Sequence record: SRR2962707_916
Strand: one strand, 5' to 3'
Length of the DNA: 36,735 nt
A model generated the notes under the pieces. That model saw nothing but the letters and a program-made list of their open reading frames with translations. It searched no databases and was not told where the DNA came from. A program made the translations under genes and the position numbers. Numbering within the stretch: position 1 is the stretch's first letter; each line of letters opens with the position of its first letter. Shown in pieces: positions 18,695 through 28,123 of this stretch.

Positions 18695-20040
18695 TGCGTC
18701 TCTGGATTCTGCCTTGTTTCATCGCCGCGCTCGGTTATGGTTCCGCTACCCTGGCGGCGCCGCTACCGGATGATTTCGCCGAGGGCATTCCGATCACGCC
18801 GGTGGGGGAAGGGCGGGCCTATCAGTTGTCCTTGCCGGAACCGGTTTATCAGGTCAGCACCCGGGCCGATCTCGGTGATGTCAGGGTCTTCAATCGTGAC
18901 GGCGGTGTGGTGCAGCACGCTTTCTGTGAGATCGAGGATCAGACCGAGCAAAACACCGTGGCGCATCCGGCGGCGTTGTACGGCCTGCCACCGGGGCGCC
19001 GCCCGGCCGAGCATCTGGGCGGTCAACTGGCCATCGACACCGCCGATGGGCTGAGCATGCGCTGGCAGCGGTCGGAGCCGGAGGAGGGCGCATCGGCGGA
19101 GGCCGGTGCCTTTGAATACATTGTGGATGCGCGTGGGGTGGAACAGGCCATCTCCGGAATTCGACTGGACTGGCGCTGGCGCTCCCCGGAAGGACGGCAG
19201 GAACTGCCGATTCGCATCGCCGCCAGCGACGATCTGGATCAATGGAGAACCGTCGTCACGCGAACCACATTGTTGCGGCTGGACGGGGAGGCGCTGGAGA
19301 CCGTTGCCGTGGCGTTGCCGGAGCATCGCTACCGGTTTCTGCGCCTGATCCCCGAGGATGAGCGGGCCCGGGACTGGTTACACGGCGCACAGATTCTGAC
19401 CACGCGCACCGAGGTGGAATCCGTTCCCCTGATATGGGCGGAGACGGAACGGAGCGCGGGCGATGCCCTTGATGGCCGGTTCCACAGTTCCCGCCCCGCG
19501 CCAGCGCGGCAATGGCGATTGACCCTGCCGGGGCCGAATCGGGTTCTCGAGGTGCGGTTGAGTTCCCGTGCCGACGAAACAGCCGTCTGGCGGCAACGTT
19601 TTCAGGGCCCGGTCACCTCGGGTCCGGAGACCGGTGCTACCGAAGCTCGGCACATGACCCCGACGAGTGATGGGCTATGGCGTCTGGAAGTGTTGTCCGG
19701 TGGGGAAGTGTTGTCCGGACAACCCCCCGCGTTGCAACTGGGGTACCCGCCGATCAGGCTGGGCTTCCTGGCCCAGGGGGAAGGGCCCTTCCTACTGGCC
19801 TATGGCAGCCGCCGGGCCGCGCCCGCCCAGGTGCTGGATTGCGCTGCTCTGGGGGATGAACCCGCGGCCGCGCGGGTGGAACTGAGGCAACGGCGCGAGT
19901 TGGGGGGCGACGCGGCTTTGCGGGCTCCGCCGAAGCAAACCCCGATACGGCGGATGGTATTGTGGGGGATTCTGATCCTGGGCGCGGTCCTGGTTGTCGC
20001 CATGGCGGTGGGTTTGCTGCGCAAGCTGGGCAACCGCTGA
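18694..20040 (+). CDS. DUF3999-family protein (signal peptide, C-terminal TM anchor)
   Basis: TGATG coupling to DUF2339; DLGDVRVFN, SDDLDQWR, FLAQGEGPFLLAYGS and a C-terminal LWGILILG helix. Confidence 0.82.
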   Translation: MRLWILPCFIAALGYGSATLAAPLPDDFAEGIPITPVGEGRAYQLSLPEPVYQVSTRADLGDVRVFNRDGGVVQHAFCEIEDQTEQNTVAHPAALYGLPPGRRPAEHLGGQLAIDTADGLSMRWQRSEPEEGASAEAGAFEYIVDARGVEQAISGIRLDWRWRSPEGRQELPIRIAASDDLDQWRTVVTRTTLLRLDGEALETVAVALPEHRYRFLRLIPEDERARDWLHGAQILTTRTEVESVPLIWAETERSAGDALDGRFHSSRPAPARQWRLTLPGPNRVLEVRLSSRADETAVWRQRFQGPVTSGPETGATEARHMTPTSDGLWRLEVLSGGEVLSGQPPALQLGYPPIRLGFLAQGEGPFLLAYGSRRAAPAQVLDCAALGDEPAAARVELRQRRELGGDAALRAPPKQTPIRRMVLWGILILGAVLVVAMAVGLLRKLGNR

Positions 20041-20090
20041 TTGGCGGTGGACCGCGACGGGGCGCACCGGCCGACCTCCACCGTACCCGG

Positions 20091-20394
20091 TCAATAATTG
20101 AAATATACCGGGAAGGGGGCGTCTGCTTTTCGCCAGATGCCGTCCAGGTCTCCGTCGTGATCCACCTCCAGCAAAAATTCTGCTTTACCATCCGGCCGGG
20201 TCAGTCTCGTTGCAACGGGCGGTGGGCCCACAGGAAGAGTCAGTGATCCAGGGAAACCGGAAGGTGGTCTCCAGATCGGGGGGCGTGGCGATGATCGCCG
20301 CCACCGACAGCCGGGTTGGCCAGGGGCTGGGGGGCTGCGCTTGCACGGTGGCGGACACCACGGACAGCGCGGCAAGTACGAAGGCGCCCGCCAT
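20091..20394 (-). pseudogene. possible frameshifted remnant of a secreted protein gene
   Basis: Signal-like MAGAFVLAALSVVSATVQA in one frame, which stops at 20185; protein-like LTRPDGKAEFLLEVDHDGDLDGIW in an adjacent frame ending at 20091. Confidence 0.3.
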
Positions 20395-20422
20395 ACCCAA
20401 GCAACAGGAACGATACCCCTGT

Positions 20423-21199
20423 CTAGCAGCAGGAGAGGGCTTCGACTCCAAGGGTATATAGCCCCTCCTGCCAGCTTTCGTCCGAAGAGCGAATGATGAG
20501 TTCATAGTCTCCCGGTGCCCTTAAAAAGACGTCGAGGTGCGCGTCGGTGTCGTCACCGCTGTCGATGGCTTCGTAGTGGCTGCCATGGTCGACCAGCAGA
20601 TAAGCGCTGAAATCGTCGGAGCCGAAGCGAATCCGGTATTGTCCGATCTTGTCGACGTGCAAGGTGTGTTTTGCATCGAGCCCTCGCAGCCAGTCCTTGA
20701 TGGTAACCCCGGGCACCAGAGGGGCGATGCTCTGAAGCTCGGTGGTCTTGACGCTCACTGTGTACTGTCCCAGAGAGCGTGGGGAATTCCCACCCACGGC
20801 CAGTAGATAAGAGCCTTCCCTTTCGATTTTCTGGCTCAGATGGGCATGGTAGCTGTGCAGAGCCGTGTCGCTTTGGCCGTTTTTTTCGTGCTGTAACAGG
20901 GTTCCGTCGGGAGCGAACAGGGAAAGATAGCTGTTGAGCCCGCCGGTGACGTCGAACCTGGCCACCTGGTTGGCCGCCAGCTCAACCCGGTAGAGATGAT
21001 AACGACTGCCGTCGTTGAAGTTCATGGGTGCTTCGGCCGTCAACCTGTCTCCGGTCTCGTCGCCGGGCTCCAATGGCCGGGGCGTGGCCTCGGATGCCCT
21101 GGCCTGGAGAGCGGCGAATAGCAGAATCAGGCTGAAAAGCGCCATCAGCCGGCGTTTCCCGCCGGTTACCGAAAGACAGGGTGGTGATGAGAGTGTCAT
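20423..21199 (-). CDS. secreted protein with two PPC-like (pre-peptidase C-terminal) beta-sandwich domains
   Basis: Signal ending QARA; YLSLFAPDG...GSYLLAV...GQYTVSV and FSAYLLV...PGDYELII...GLYTLGV repeats. Confidence 0.72.
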   Translation of the reverse strand: MTLSSPPCLSVTGGKRRLMALFSLILLFAALQARASEATPRPLEPGDETGDRLTAEAPMNFNDGSRYHLYRVELAANQVARFDVTGGLNSYLSLFAPDGTLLQHEKNGQSDTALHSYHAHLSQKIEREGSYLLAVGGNSPRSLGQYTVSVKTTELQSIAPLVPGVTIKDWLRGLDAKHTLHVDKIGQYRIRFGSDDFSAYLLVDHGSHYEAIDSGDDTDAHLDVFLRAPGDYELIIRSSDESWQEGLYTLGVEALSCC

Positions 21200-21243
21200 G
21201 GGGTCATCCTGAGGCAGTGGCTTGGAGAGCGCTCTTTGGAGGA

Positions 21244-21564
21244 TCAGCGCCGGCGTTTTTTAGCAGACTCCTGCAAAAAGGCATCGAGACTCCGAACATG
21301 ACTTTGCAGCTTGCCGTCGTCGATAACGCGGTGAACCAGCCAGAGTATTGCCGTGACGACCGGGAGTGGCCAGGCGATGAATAGATCCAGACCCTCGAGG
21401 GACGTGTCGGTATACAGCGCGAAGCTGATGACAACGATTGCGGTCAGCATGAAACCGCCGCAGCCGGCCAGAGCGATGAAAAACACCACCCGCCAGAAAC
21501 CCGCGTAGTACCAGGAAAATTCGGGACAAGCCGATTGAGGCGAGTGGGTGGGTGTGGTCATCAC
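21244..21564 (-). CDS. 2-TM membrane protein, hypothetical
   Basis: Starts immediately after the upstream stop (TGA GTG ATG); two hydrophobic helices and a basic tail. Confidence 0.65.
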   Translation of the reverse strand: MMTTPTHSPQSACPEFSWYYAGFWRVVFFIALAGCGGFMLTAIVVISFALYTDTSLEGLDLFIAWPLPVVTAILWLVHRVIDDGKLQSHVRSLDAFLQESAKKRRR

Positions 21565-23013
21565 TCATGGCTCGAAATGAAAGGCGTTGCGGGAGCTGTA
21601 AAAATCTTCCAACGCCTCGGTTCGCTTGTTGCGGTAGTTCATATAGTAGACCACGTGGGTTTGGCCAAGCCGGACGTAGCGTGCCAGATGCCAGTTTTGT
21701 TTGGACTCAAACACCAGCCCGTTGTCGTCGGCGACCAGGATGCTTTGATCGCCGGCCACTTTGTCGGCATCGAACACGAAGCCGTCGTCATCGCGCATAT
21801 AAATCCCGCCGGATGGACGTTCGAACTCCGATTCCCCTGGTTTCAGAGCGCCTTCCACTCCAATGTAATCGCTTTCCCCATCGCCGCTTTCGAAAATCAT
21901 GTTTGGCCCGAGGGAAAGCACGAAATAGCCACCTCCGGACCAGCGCTCGGCCGTGTAATTCAGAGGCAGAGTCATTTTCGCGCCCTCGAACAAGGAGACC
22001 GATTGTGCCGGCGAGAGCAGTCCGAGGGTATTGTCCGTGTAATGATTCACACTGACGGTGTCGTCCGTGGCAGCGGGTCGGGCGCTGTTGGCGATGGCAG
22101 CGAATCGTTTGATGTCGTCGGCGCTTTTCAGTGTGCGGGTGGTGATCAGCAGGGTACGCCCCTGGCTCAATGGAATCGTTCGATACAGGTCATAGCCGGC
22201 GAGATAGGCCTCATCCTCGGATTCGTCGTACTCGGTGAAGGCGTCGACAAACAAACCGTCCTGCTCATAAAGACGATACGTTCCGGGCCAGCGGGTTTCT
22301 TTGGCGACGTCTTTGGGAGACGCTTCCTTGAGCGCCAAAGTGAGATCCGGGTTCACTTGATTGAACAAGGGCTGGTTGCTTTCGGGGTCGGCCAGGCTGA
22401 ACAGGAGCCAGCGTGTCGGGTTCTCCTGGTGGATGTAAAAGCCGTCATCGTTCGCCGGCAAATTCAGAGTGAAGCCACCGGGAAAGACGACCTTGTCGCT
22501 GTCACCGCCATCCGTGCCAGGGAACTCCATAGTGCCATGCTTTTCGGCCGCTTCCCGTTTCAGGGTTTCGATGTGCTGATGGCGCTCATTGAGAGCGCTC
22601 TGAAACGCCTCCTCATCAGCCAGTGGGCGGGGTTTGATGAAGAAAATGTTTTCACGGCCATCGGACATCAGCAGTTTCAATTGACCGTCCATCAGCTTCG
22701 CCGTCAATTGCGTCTTCAAACGCTTCATGCGCTTGTCGTCCGGCTCGGGCAGCAGAGTACGTGGTTTGTCCGGTGTCTTGGCGTCGTACTGAATCAGACT
22801 GCCGTCCTGGTCATCATAAACGAAGAAGGTGGAGGCACTCAGCCCGGCCAGGGACAGAGGGGACAGCATGGCGGTTTCGAGAACGAATTTGGTGTCATCC
22901 GGGCCTCGCACCTGCCAATAGCTTTTGTCCGCCAGGGTGATGCCGGGTGCCGTGATCAATGCCGTCAGCAGACAGAGCCGGGTCGCGATTTTAGTATTCG
23001 TAGTCGTCATCAT
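21565..23013 (-). CDS. secreted hypothetical protein (~480 aa) with a probable internal domain duplication
   Basis: Long ORF; signal [28 protein letters not shown]; overlaps the end of the upstream gene. Confidence 0.78.
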
Positions 23014-23671
23014 GGAAACTCGGCAATTCGGGGTCGTAGTACCGGGCGAGGGTGCCGCCCCGCCCGCCCTCGGGGCGCTCGTCGCCAGACCATCGGCTCG
23101 CCGGTTCGCACAGACACTCGTTCTCAATGGCGAGTCGCACGGCGCCATCCGGCACTCGCCAGAAATAAACCTTGCCGCGGAAATCCTCTTTGCTGGCGGT
23201 GGCGGGGCCGTAGTCGTCCTCGAATCTGGCTTTGAGGGCCATGATCTGGTCGTCGTCGAAGGCGCCCATCGCGACTTCCCCTTTCACGCCATCGGCATTG
23301 CCGATGCGGGAGGTCACGATGTACAGAGTGTCGTCTTTATCGGTCAGAAAGGACGGTGCCCGCAGTGGAATATCGTGGAAGTAGACATTGGGGCGGGCCG
23401 TTTCCGCTTCCCAGTCAATGGTGAAGGCGCTTCGCAGAACATCCCGGGCCTGATACTTCTCGCCGAACAGAAGAACCTCAAGGTTTCTGATCTCATCGGA
23501 GGGGGTTTGGGTGTAGGGGATGTCGGCTTCGTCGAGGGCCCGGGCGATGGCGGTATTGCCGTCCAGTTCCGCCAGATCCAGACTCGGGGCACGATCCGCA
23601 CAGCCGCTCATCGCCAGTATCGCTCCCAGGCAAAAGCACGCGGGCCGGAGCAGATCTCCGTTGATACTCAT
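22991..23671 (-). CDS. hypothetical lipoprotein
   Basis: AAGGA SD before ATG 23671; lipobox-like LAMSGC. Confidence 0.72.
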
Positions 23672-23776
23672 GAGTACATCCTTTGCAGTTTTATCGGCAT
23701 GGTTATCCCGCCATGCGTGATCAGAGTATAGGCAGCCCTTGTTTAACCCGCAAAACCGTGGCCCGGGGACAGGCAA

Positions 23777-24976
23777 TCAACGCAACAGCCCCCGCTTCGC
23801 GCCAGCCACGGTCAGCGCCATCTGGCGTGGCAGCCAGGGCATGCGATACATCAGCGGAAAGGCGACGTCACGTAATGCCGGGATCCACTTGCCATGGGAT
23901 TGGAACAACGGCGTCAGCCAGCGGCTCATGTTCTGGTAGAAGCGGATCGAGCCGGCCCGCCGCCGCTGGAAGCCGGCCCACACCTGGGGCCACTGATCCG
24001 CCTCCGCCATCGCCTGGCCCAGAGCCTGGGCATCCAGCAGCGCCATGGTGCCGCCCTGGCCCAGTTGCGGGCTCATGGCATGGGCGGCGTCACCGATGAT
24101 ACCCAGTCGACCCTCGCCCCAACGGCGCAAAATCACATCACGATAGGTGGCCTGAAGCAGATCCGCGGAGGAAGGCAGCCGTGCCAACAGTGGTTTGAGA
24201 TCCGGCCAGAACGCGGCGGTTTCCTGTTTCCACTGCTCGAACGGATGGGCGCCATTGCGCCAGTGGGGCATGTCGGCCACCGGCAGGCTCCAGAAAAAGC
24301 TCAGCAGCGGCGTGTCGGGGGCGTCCGGAGTACGGCCGGTGGGCAAAACGCCGGCCATGCGATGGGCGCCCTCGTAACACTGGCGCAGCCAGCCACCGTC
24401 GAAACCGGCTTCCATGGGCATAATCGCCCACAGTGCGCCCCACGGATATTGGCGGTCATAGCGCACCCAGTCGGCGGGACGCAGATGGCTGTTGCTGCCG
24501 TTGGCGATCAAGGCGGCGTCGAAGCGATGTTCGCCCTGGTGAGCCCCGGCGCCCACGGCCACCGTGACCCCCTGAGGATCGTGGCGCAGGGCGTCCACCC
24601 GGGTGCCCAGCCAGCGTTGATGGGGGTAGCCATCCAGACTGTTGCTCAGAACGTGGCAAAGACTGGCCCGATGCACGCCAAGCCCCTGCACCCCGGGACC
24701 CAGCAGGTGATACCGGGTATCCATCAACACCCGCCCGGAGCTGGTCACGCCATGGAGGCCGTCCACGGGGGCGCCCAGTTCGGCAAGGGCCTGATAGCAA
24801 CCCAGCTCTTGAAGGACCGACAGGCCGGTGGGCTGCAACAGAATGCCCGCGCCCACCGGTGCCAGCGCCGGTGCCTGCTCCAGCAGGGTGATGTCGTGTC
24901 CCTGGGCGGCCAATACCCGGGCGCTGGCCAGTCCGGCGGTGCCGGCGCCGATAATGGCTATGGATTGCGACTTCAC
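23777..24976 (-). CDS. FAD-dependent monooxygenase (class A flavoprotein hydroxylase-like)
   Basis: IAIIGAGTAG, GAGILLQP, ANGSNS and IIGDAAHAMSPQLGQG; GGGGAG SD before GTG 24976. Confidence 0.9.
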   Translation of the reverse strand: MKSQSIAIIGAGTAGLASARVLAAQGHDITLLEQAPALAPVGAGILLQPTGLSVLQELGCYQALAELGAPVDGLHGVTSSGRVLMDTRYHLLGPGVQGLGVHRASLCHVLSNSLDGYPHQRWLGTRVDALRHDPQGVTVAVGAGAHQGEHRFDAALIANGSNSHLRPADWVRYDRQYPWGALWAIMPMEAGFDGGWLRQCYEGAHRMAGVLPTGRTPDAPDTPLLSFFWSLPVADMPHWRNGAHPFEQWKQETAAFWPDLKPLLARLPSSADLLQATYRDVILRRWGEGRLGIIGDAAHAMSPQLGQGGTMALLDAQALGQAMAEADQWPQVWAGFQRRRAGSIRFYQNMSRWLTPLFQSHGKWIPALRDVAFPLMYRMPWLPRQMALTVAGAKRGLLR

Positions 24977-25078
24977 AGGTGATGCTCCCCCGGTGATCAG
25001 CTTGGCATTATACGCACCCGGCACCCTCGTGCAGTGGGCTGTCTGGCATTGAAACCGTGCCTGTGCCATGATTTTGGC

Positions 25079-25133
25079 CGTCATCAAGGACGTAAGAGCC
25101 TCTGGACAGGCTCTGAGACTGAATGGAGTCAGA
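25079..25133 (+). promoter_or_regulatory. candidate CsrA/RsmA-binding leader of vgrG (three hairpin GGA motifs)
   Basis: CGTC-ATCAAG-GACG, AGAGCCT-CTGGAC-AGGCTCT and GACT-GAATGG-AGTC; the last overlaps the SD. Confidence 0.5.
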
Positions 25134-25135
25134 CC

Positions 25136-28123
25136 ATGCCCCCCTTTGACGAGCTGCGGGACCTGTTGGCGTCCGCGCTGTCGCTGAAAGACCATCGCCG
25201 CCTTTATCGCTTCTCCCTGGACGACGACGCCACGCCCTTGCTGGTGGAACGCTGGTGCGGTGACGAAGCCCTGTCCGCCCCTTCGGTATGGTGGGTGGAT
25301 GTCCTTACCGGTAATGCCCAATGCCCGTTGGGAGAGTGGCTGGGCCGTAAGGCGACCCTGTTCACCCGTCTCGGCGATGGCAGCGAAACGCCCCGCACTG
25401 GCCTGGTGGAAGAAGTGACCCTGCTCGGTGCCGATGGCGGCCTGGCCCGCTACCGCTTCACCCTGAGACCCTGGAACTGGCAGCTCAGCCATGGCCGCCA
25501 CAGTCAGGTATTCCAGGACAAGAGCGTGGTCGATATCGCCGGCGCCGTGTTCGGGCGTTACGGTGAGTGGGCCAGTTGGCGGCAACGGGATGACGTGGCG
25601 CCTTTTCTGCAAGCCGTGAGGCCGCGCAGCTATTGCACTCAATACCGGGAAACGGACGGTGATTTTATCCTTCGTCTGCTTGCCGAGGAAGGGCTGGGGT
25701 TCCGTCTGATCGAAGCCCGGGACGCTCCCGCCGGCCATCACCTGGAACTGTTCTCCGACAGCCGCCTGTTACCGGAAGACGCGACCTCCGAAGCCCAGGG
25801 CGGCGTGCTGGTCCATCGCGGTGATGCCAGCGAGGAAGGCGATGGCCTGCACCGTCTGGGCCGTCGCCGCCGTGCCGGGGCTCAACGGTTGACGCTGCTC
25901 AGCGAGGACTACAAAACCCGTCAGGCCACCCCGGTTCAGGTGACGCTTGCCGCCGGCGGTGAGCGCGATCAGCCGGTGGAACAGTACGACAGTGTAGGGC
26001 AGTACGCCTGGAAGGACGCTGACGAAGCCCGCCATTACGCAGAATTGCGCGCCGCCCATGCCGAAAGCGAGCGTGATTATTGGCAGGGGGAAGGCGCGGT
26101 GCGCACCTGTCGCGCCGGCACTTTCCTGCGGCTGCGGCAGCCGCCGCAAGGATTGGCGGTACCGGAGGCGCTGCTGTTGACCCGGGTCCGCCATCTGGGC
26201 ATCAACAATCTTCCGGCCACGGCCCGGGAGCAAGTGGCGCATACCCTGGGAGACGCGCCTCCCTGGCCCGATGCGCAGGCGCAGGCGGCCAGTGAGCAGC
26301 TGGCGGAACGGGCCGCGCAACTGGGCTACGCGAATCTTTTTGATGCCCAGGATCAGGGGCGCCCGTGGCGGCCCCGTGCCACCGATGAGCAAGGCCGCTG
26401 GCGCGGTCGCCCGGTGGCACGGGGCTATCAGACCGCCCGGGTGGTGGGGCCGGATGATGAGCCCCGGGTGAGTGGTGGCGAGGAGGTGTTCAGTGATGGC
26501 CTCGGACGGGTCAAGGTTCGTTTCCACTGGCAGCACGGCGACAGCGAGGACGATCGTGGCACCTGCTGGCTGCGGGTTGGACAGTGGCAGGCGGGGCCCG
26601 GCGCCGGCGTGCAGTTCGTGCCGCGCATTGGCCAGGAAGTGGTGGTCGGGTTCATCGGCGGCGACATCGACCGGCCGGTGGTTCTCGGGGCGCTCTATAA
26701 CGGTCAGGGTGAAGGCGGTATAGCGCCGACGCCAGGCGGGACCGGGGCGAGGGAAAGCAGCACGGAGGTTTTCGCCCGGGCCCATGATCTTGCCGCCAGC
26801 GCCCGTGCCAATCACGGTGGCGGCGCCGCGCCGCCCTGGCATGGGGCCAGCCCCGATGCCGCCGGTCACGGCAACGCCGCCGCCTTGTGGGGCGTGCAGT
26901 CCAAGGAGTGGGGTGGAGACGGCTATAACCGACTGGTCTTCGACGACAGTGACGACCAGTTGCGGCTGCAACTGGCCAGCAGTCATGGCGACAGCCAGCT
27001 CAACCTCGGTCACCTGATCCACCAGGCCGGTAATTACCGCGGCAGCTTCCGGGGTGAAGGGCTGGAATTGAGAACCGATGAGTGGGGCGCGGTCCGGGCC
27101 GAGCGGGGATTGTGGCTCAGCGCCTGGGGGCGGGAGGATGCCGATACGCCCGCCGGCGACGTGGAAGAAGCCGCCGTTTTGCTGGATCACCTGCGGCAAC
27201 TCGGACAAACCCTGTCCCAGGCCTGCGCCCGCCATGGCACGGCGGTGCTGGCCGCCGCCGAAGGCTCCGACCGTTCCGGCGCCTCCTGGCTGATCGATCA
27301 GGAAGCGCCTCTGAACGCCCTTTATACCAGCGCCTCAACCCGGGTTACCGGCGCTGATTGCGGCGCGGCTCTGGGAGAAGCTCCCCAGCACAACACCAGC
27401 GGCGGCAATGACCGGGTGCCCCACAGTAGCCATGCCTTGTTGGGACTAACGGCCCCCGCTGGCATCGGGGTGCTGGCGGGCCAGAGCCTGACCTGGAGCA
27501 GCGCCGAGACCCTCGCCCTGGCCAGCGGGCAGGACAGCAATCTGGCGGTGGGTGGCGATTTGCGTCTGCACAGCGGCCAGTCCCTGGGGCTGCTCGCCGC
27601 CGCCGAGGGTGTTGATGGCGATGCGCTGACCCTGGTCAGTGCGGAAGGCGAAGTGCGCTTCGAAGCCCAGCATGAACGCCTGCGCGTGCAAAGCCGTGAT
27701 GACCTCAACATCACCAGCGCCAACGGCCCGCTGGAACTGGCCGCCGGGCAGTCCCTGCACCTGGCCACCAGCGCCGGTGCCCGGCTGACCCTGGAAGGCG
27801 GCGACCTGATCGTCAGTTGCCCCGGCGAAATCAAGGTGGAAGCCGGCAAGAAGTCATTTCTGGGGGGGACCCAATTGAGCCGGGAGATGAACAGCTGGCC
27901 TTCGTCGAGCCTGTCGCCCAGCCAATATAACGAAGCATTCAAAGTACACTTTTCGAACGGTCAGGCAGCGGCCAATCAGCGTTACCGGCTGACCCGCAAG
28001 GATGGCGCGGTAATCGAGGGTATAACCAACAGTGACGGTGAAATTGACTTGCAGCAGGGGATCGGGGCGGAAGTCGCTTCGTTGACCCTGCTGGGGCCGG
28101 CGGACCAGGGAGGGAGTTCCTGA
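25136..28123 (+). CDS. vgrG: type VI secretion spike protein VgrG with DUF2345 and a C-terminal extension
   Basis: QYRETDGDFILRLLAEEG, GYQTARVVG, GRVKVRFHWQ, VPRIGQEVVVGFIGGDIDRPVVLGALYN, QLNLGHL and LRTD; GGAG SD before ATG 25136. Confidence 0.95.
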   Translation: MPPFDELRDLLASALSLKDHRRLYRFSLDDDATPLLVERWCGDEALSAPSVWWVDVLTGNAQCPLGEWLGRKATLFTRLGDGSETPRTGLVEEVTLLGADGGLARYRFTLRPWNWQLSHGRHSQVFQDKSVVDIAGAVFGRYGEWASWRQRDDVAPFLQAVRPRSYCTQYRETDGDFILRLLAEEGLGFRLIEARDAPAGHHLELFSDSRLLPEDATSEAQGGVLVHRGDASEEGDGLHRLGRRRRAGAQRLTLLSEDYKTRQATPVQVTLAAGGERDQPVEQYDSVGQYAWKDADEARHYAELRAAHAESERDYWQGEGAVRTCRAGTFLRLRQPPQGLAVPEALLLTRVRHLGINNLPATAREQVAHTLGDAPPWPDAQAQAASEQLAERAAQLGYANLFDAQDQGRPWRPRATDEQGRWRGRPVARGYQTARVVGPDDEPRVSGGEEVFSDGLGRVKVRFHWQHGDSEDDRGTCWLRVGQWQAGPGAGVQFVPRIGQEVVVGFIGGDIDRPVVLGALYNGQGEGGIAPTPGGTGARESSTEVFARAHDLAASARANHGGGAAPPWHGASPDAAGHGNAAALWGVQSKEWGGDGYNRLVFDDSDDQLRLQLASSHGDSQLNLGHLIHQAGNYRGSFRGEGLELRTDEWGAVRAERGLWLSAWGREDADTPAGDVEEAAVLLDHLRQLGQTLSQACARHGTAVLAAAEGSDRSGASWLIDQEAPLNALYTSASTRVTGADCGAALGEAPQHNTSGGNDRVPHSSHALLGLTAPAGIGVLAGQSLTWSSAETLALASGQDSNLAVGGDLRLHSGQSLGLLAAAEGVDGDALTLVSAEGEVRFEAQHERLRVQSRDDLNITSANGPLELAAGQSLHLATSAGARLTLEGGDLIVSCPGEIKVEAGKKSFLGGTQLSREMNSWPSSSLSPSQYNEAFKVHFSNGQAAANQRYRLTRKDGAVIEGITNSDGEIDLQQGIGAEVASLTLLGPADQGGSS

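Noticed and set aside
25044-25062. sigma54 promoter for vgrG (TGGCATTGAAACCGTGC)
   Set aside because: GG to GC spacing is 12 nt rather than the required 10.
24977-25741. 255-aa N-terminal extension of the FAD monooxygenase ORF (apparent fusion)
   Set aside because: It is antisense to vgrG. The Rossmann motif starts right after GTG 24976, which has its own SD.
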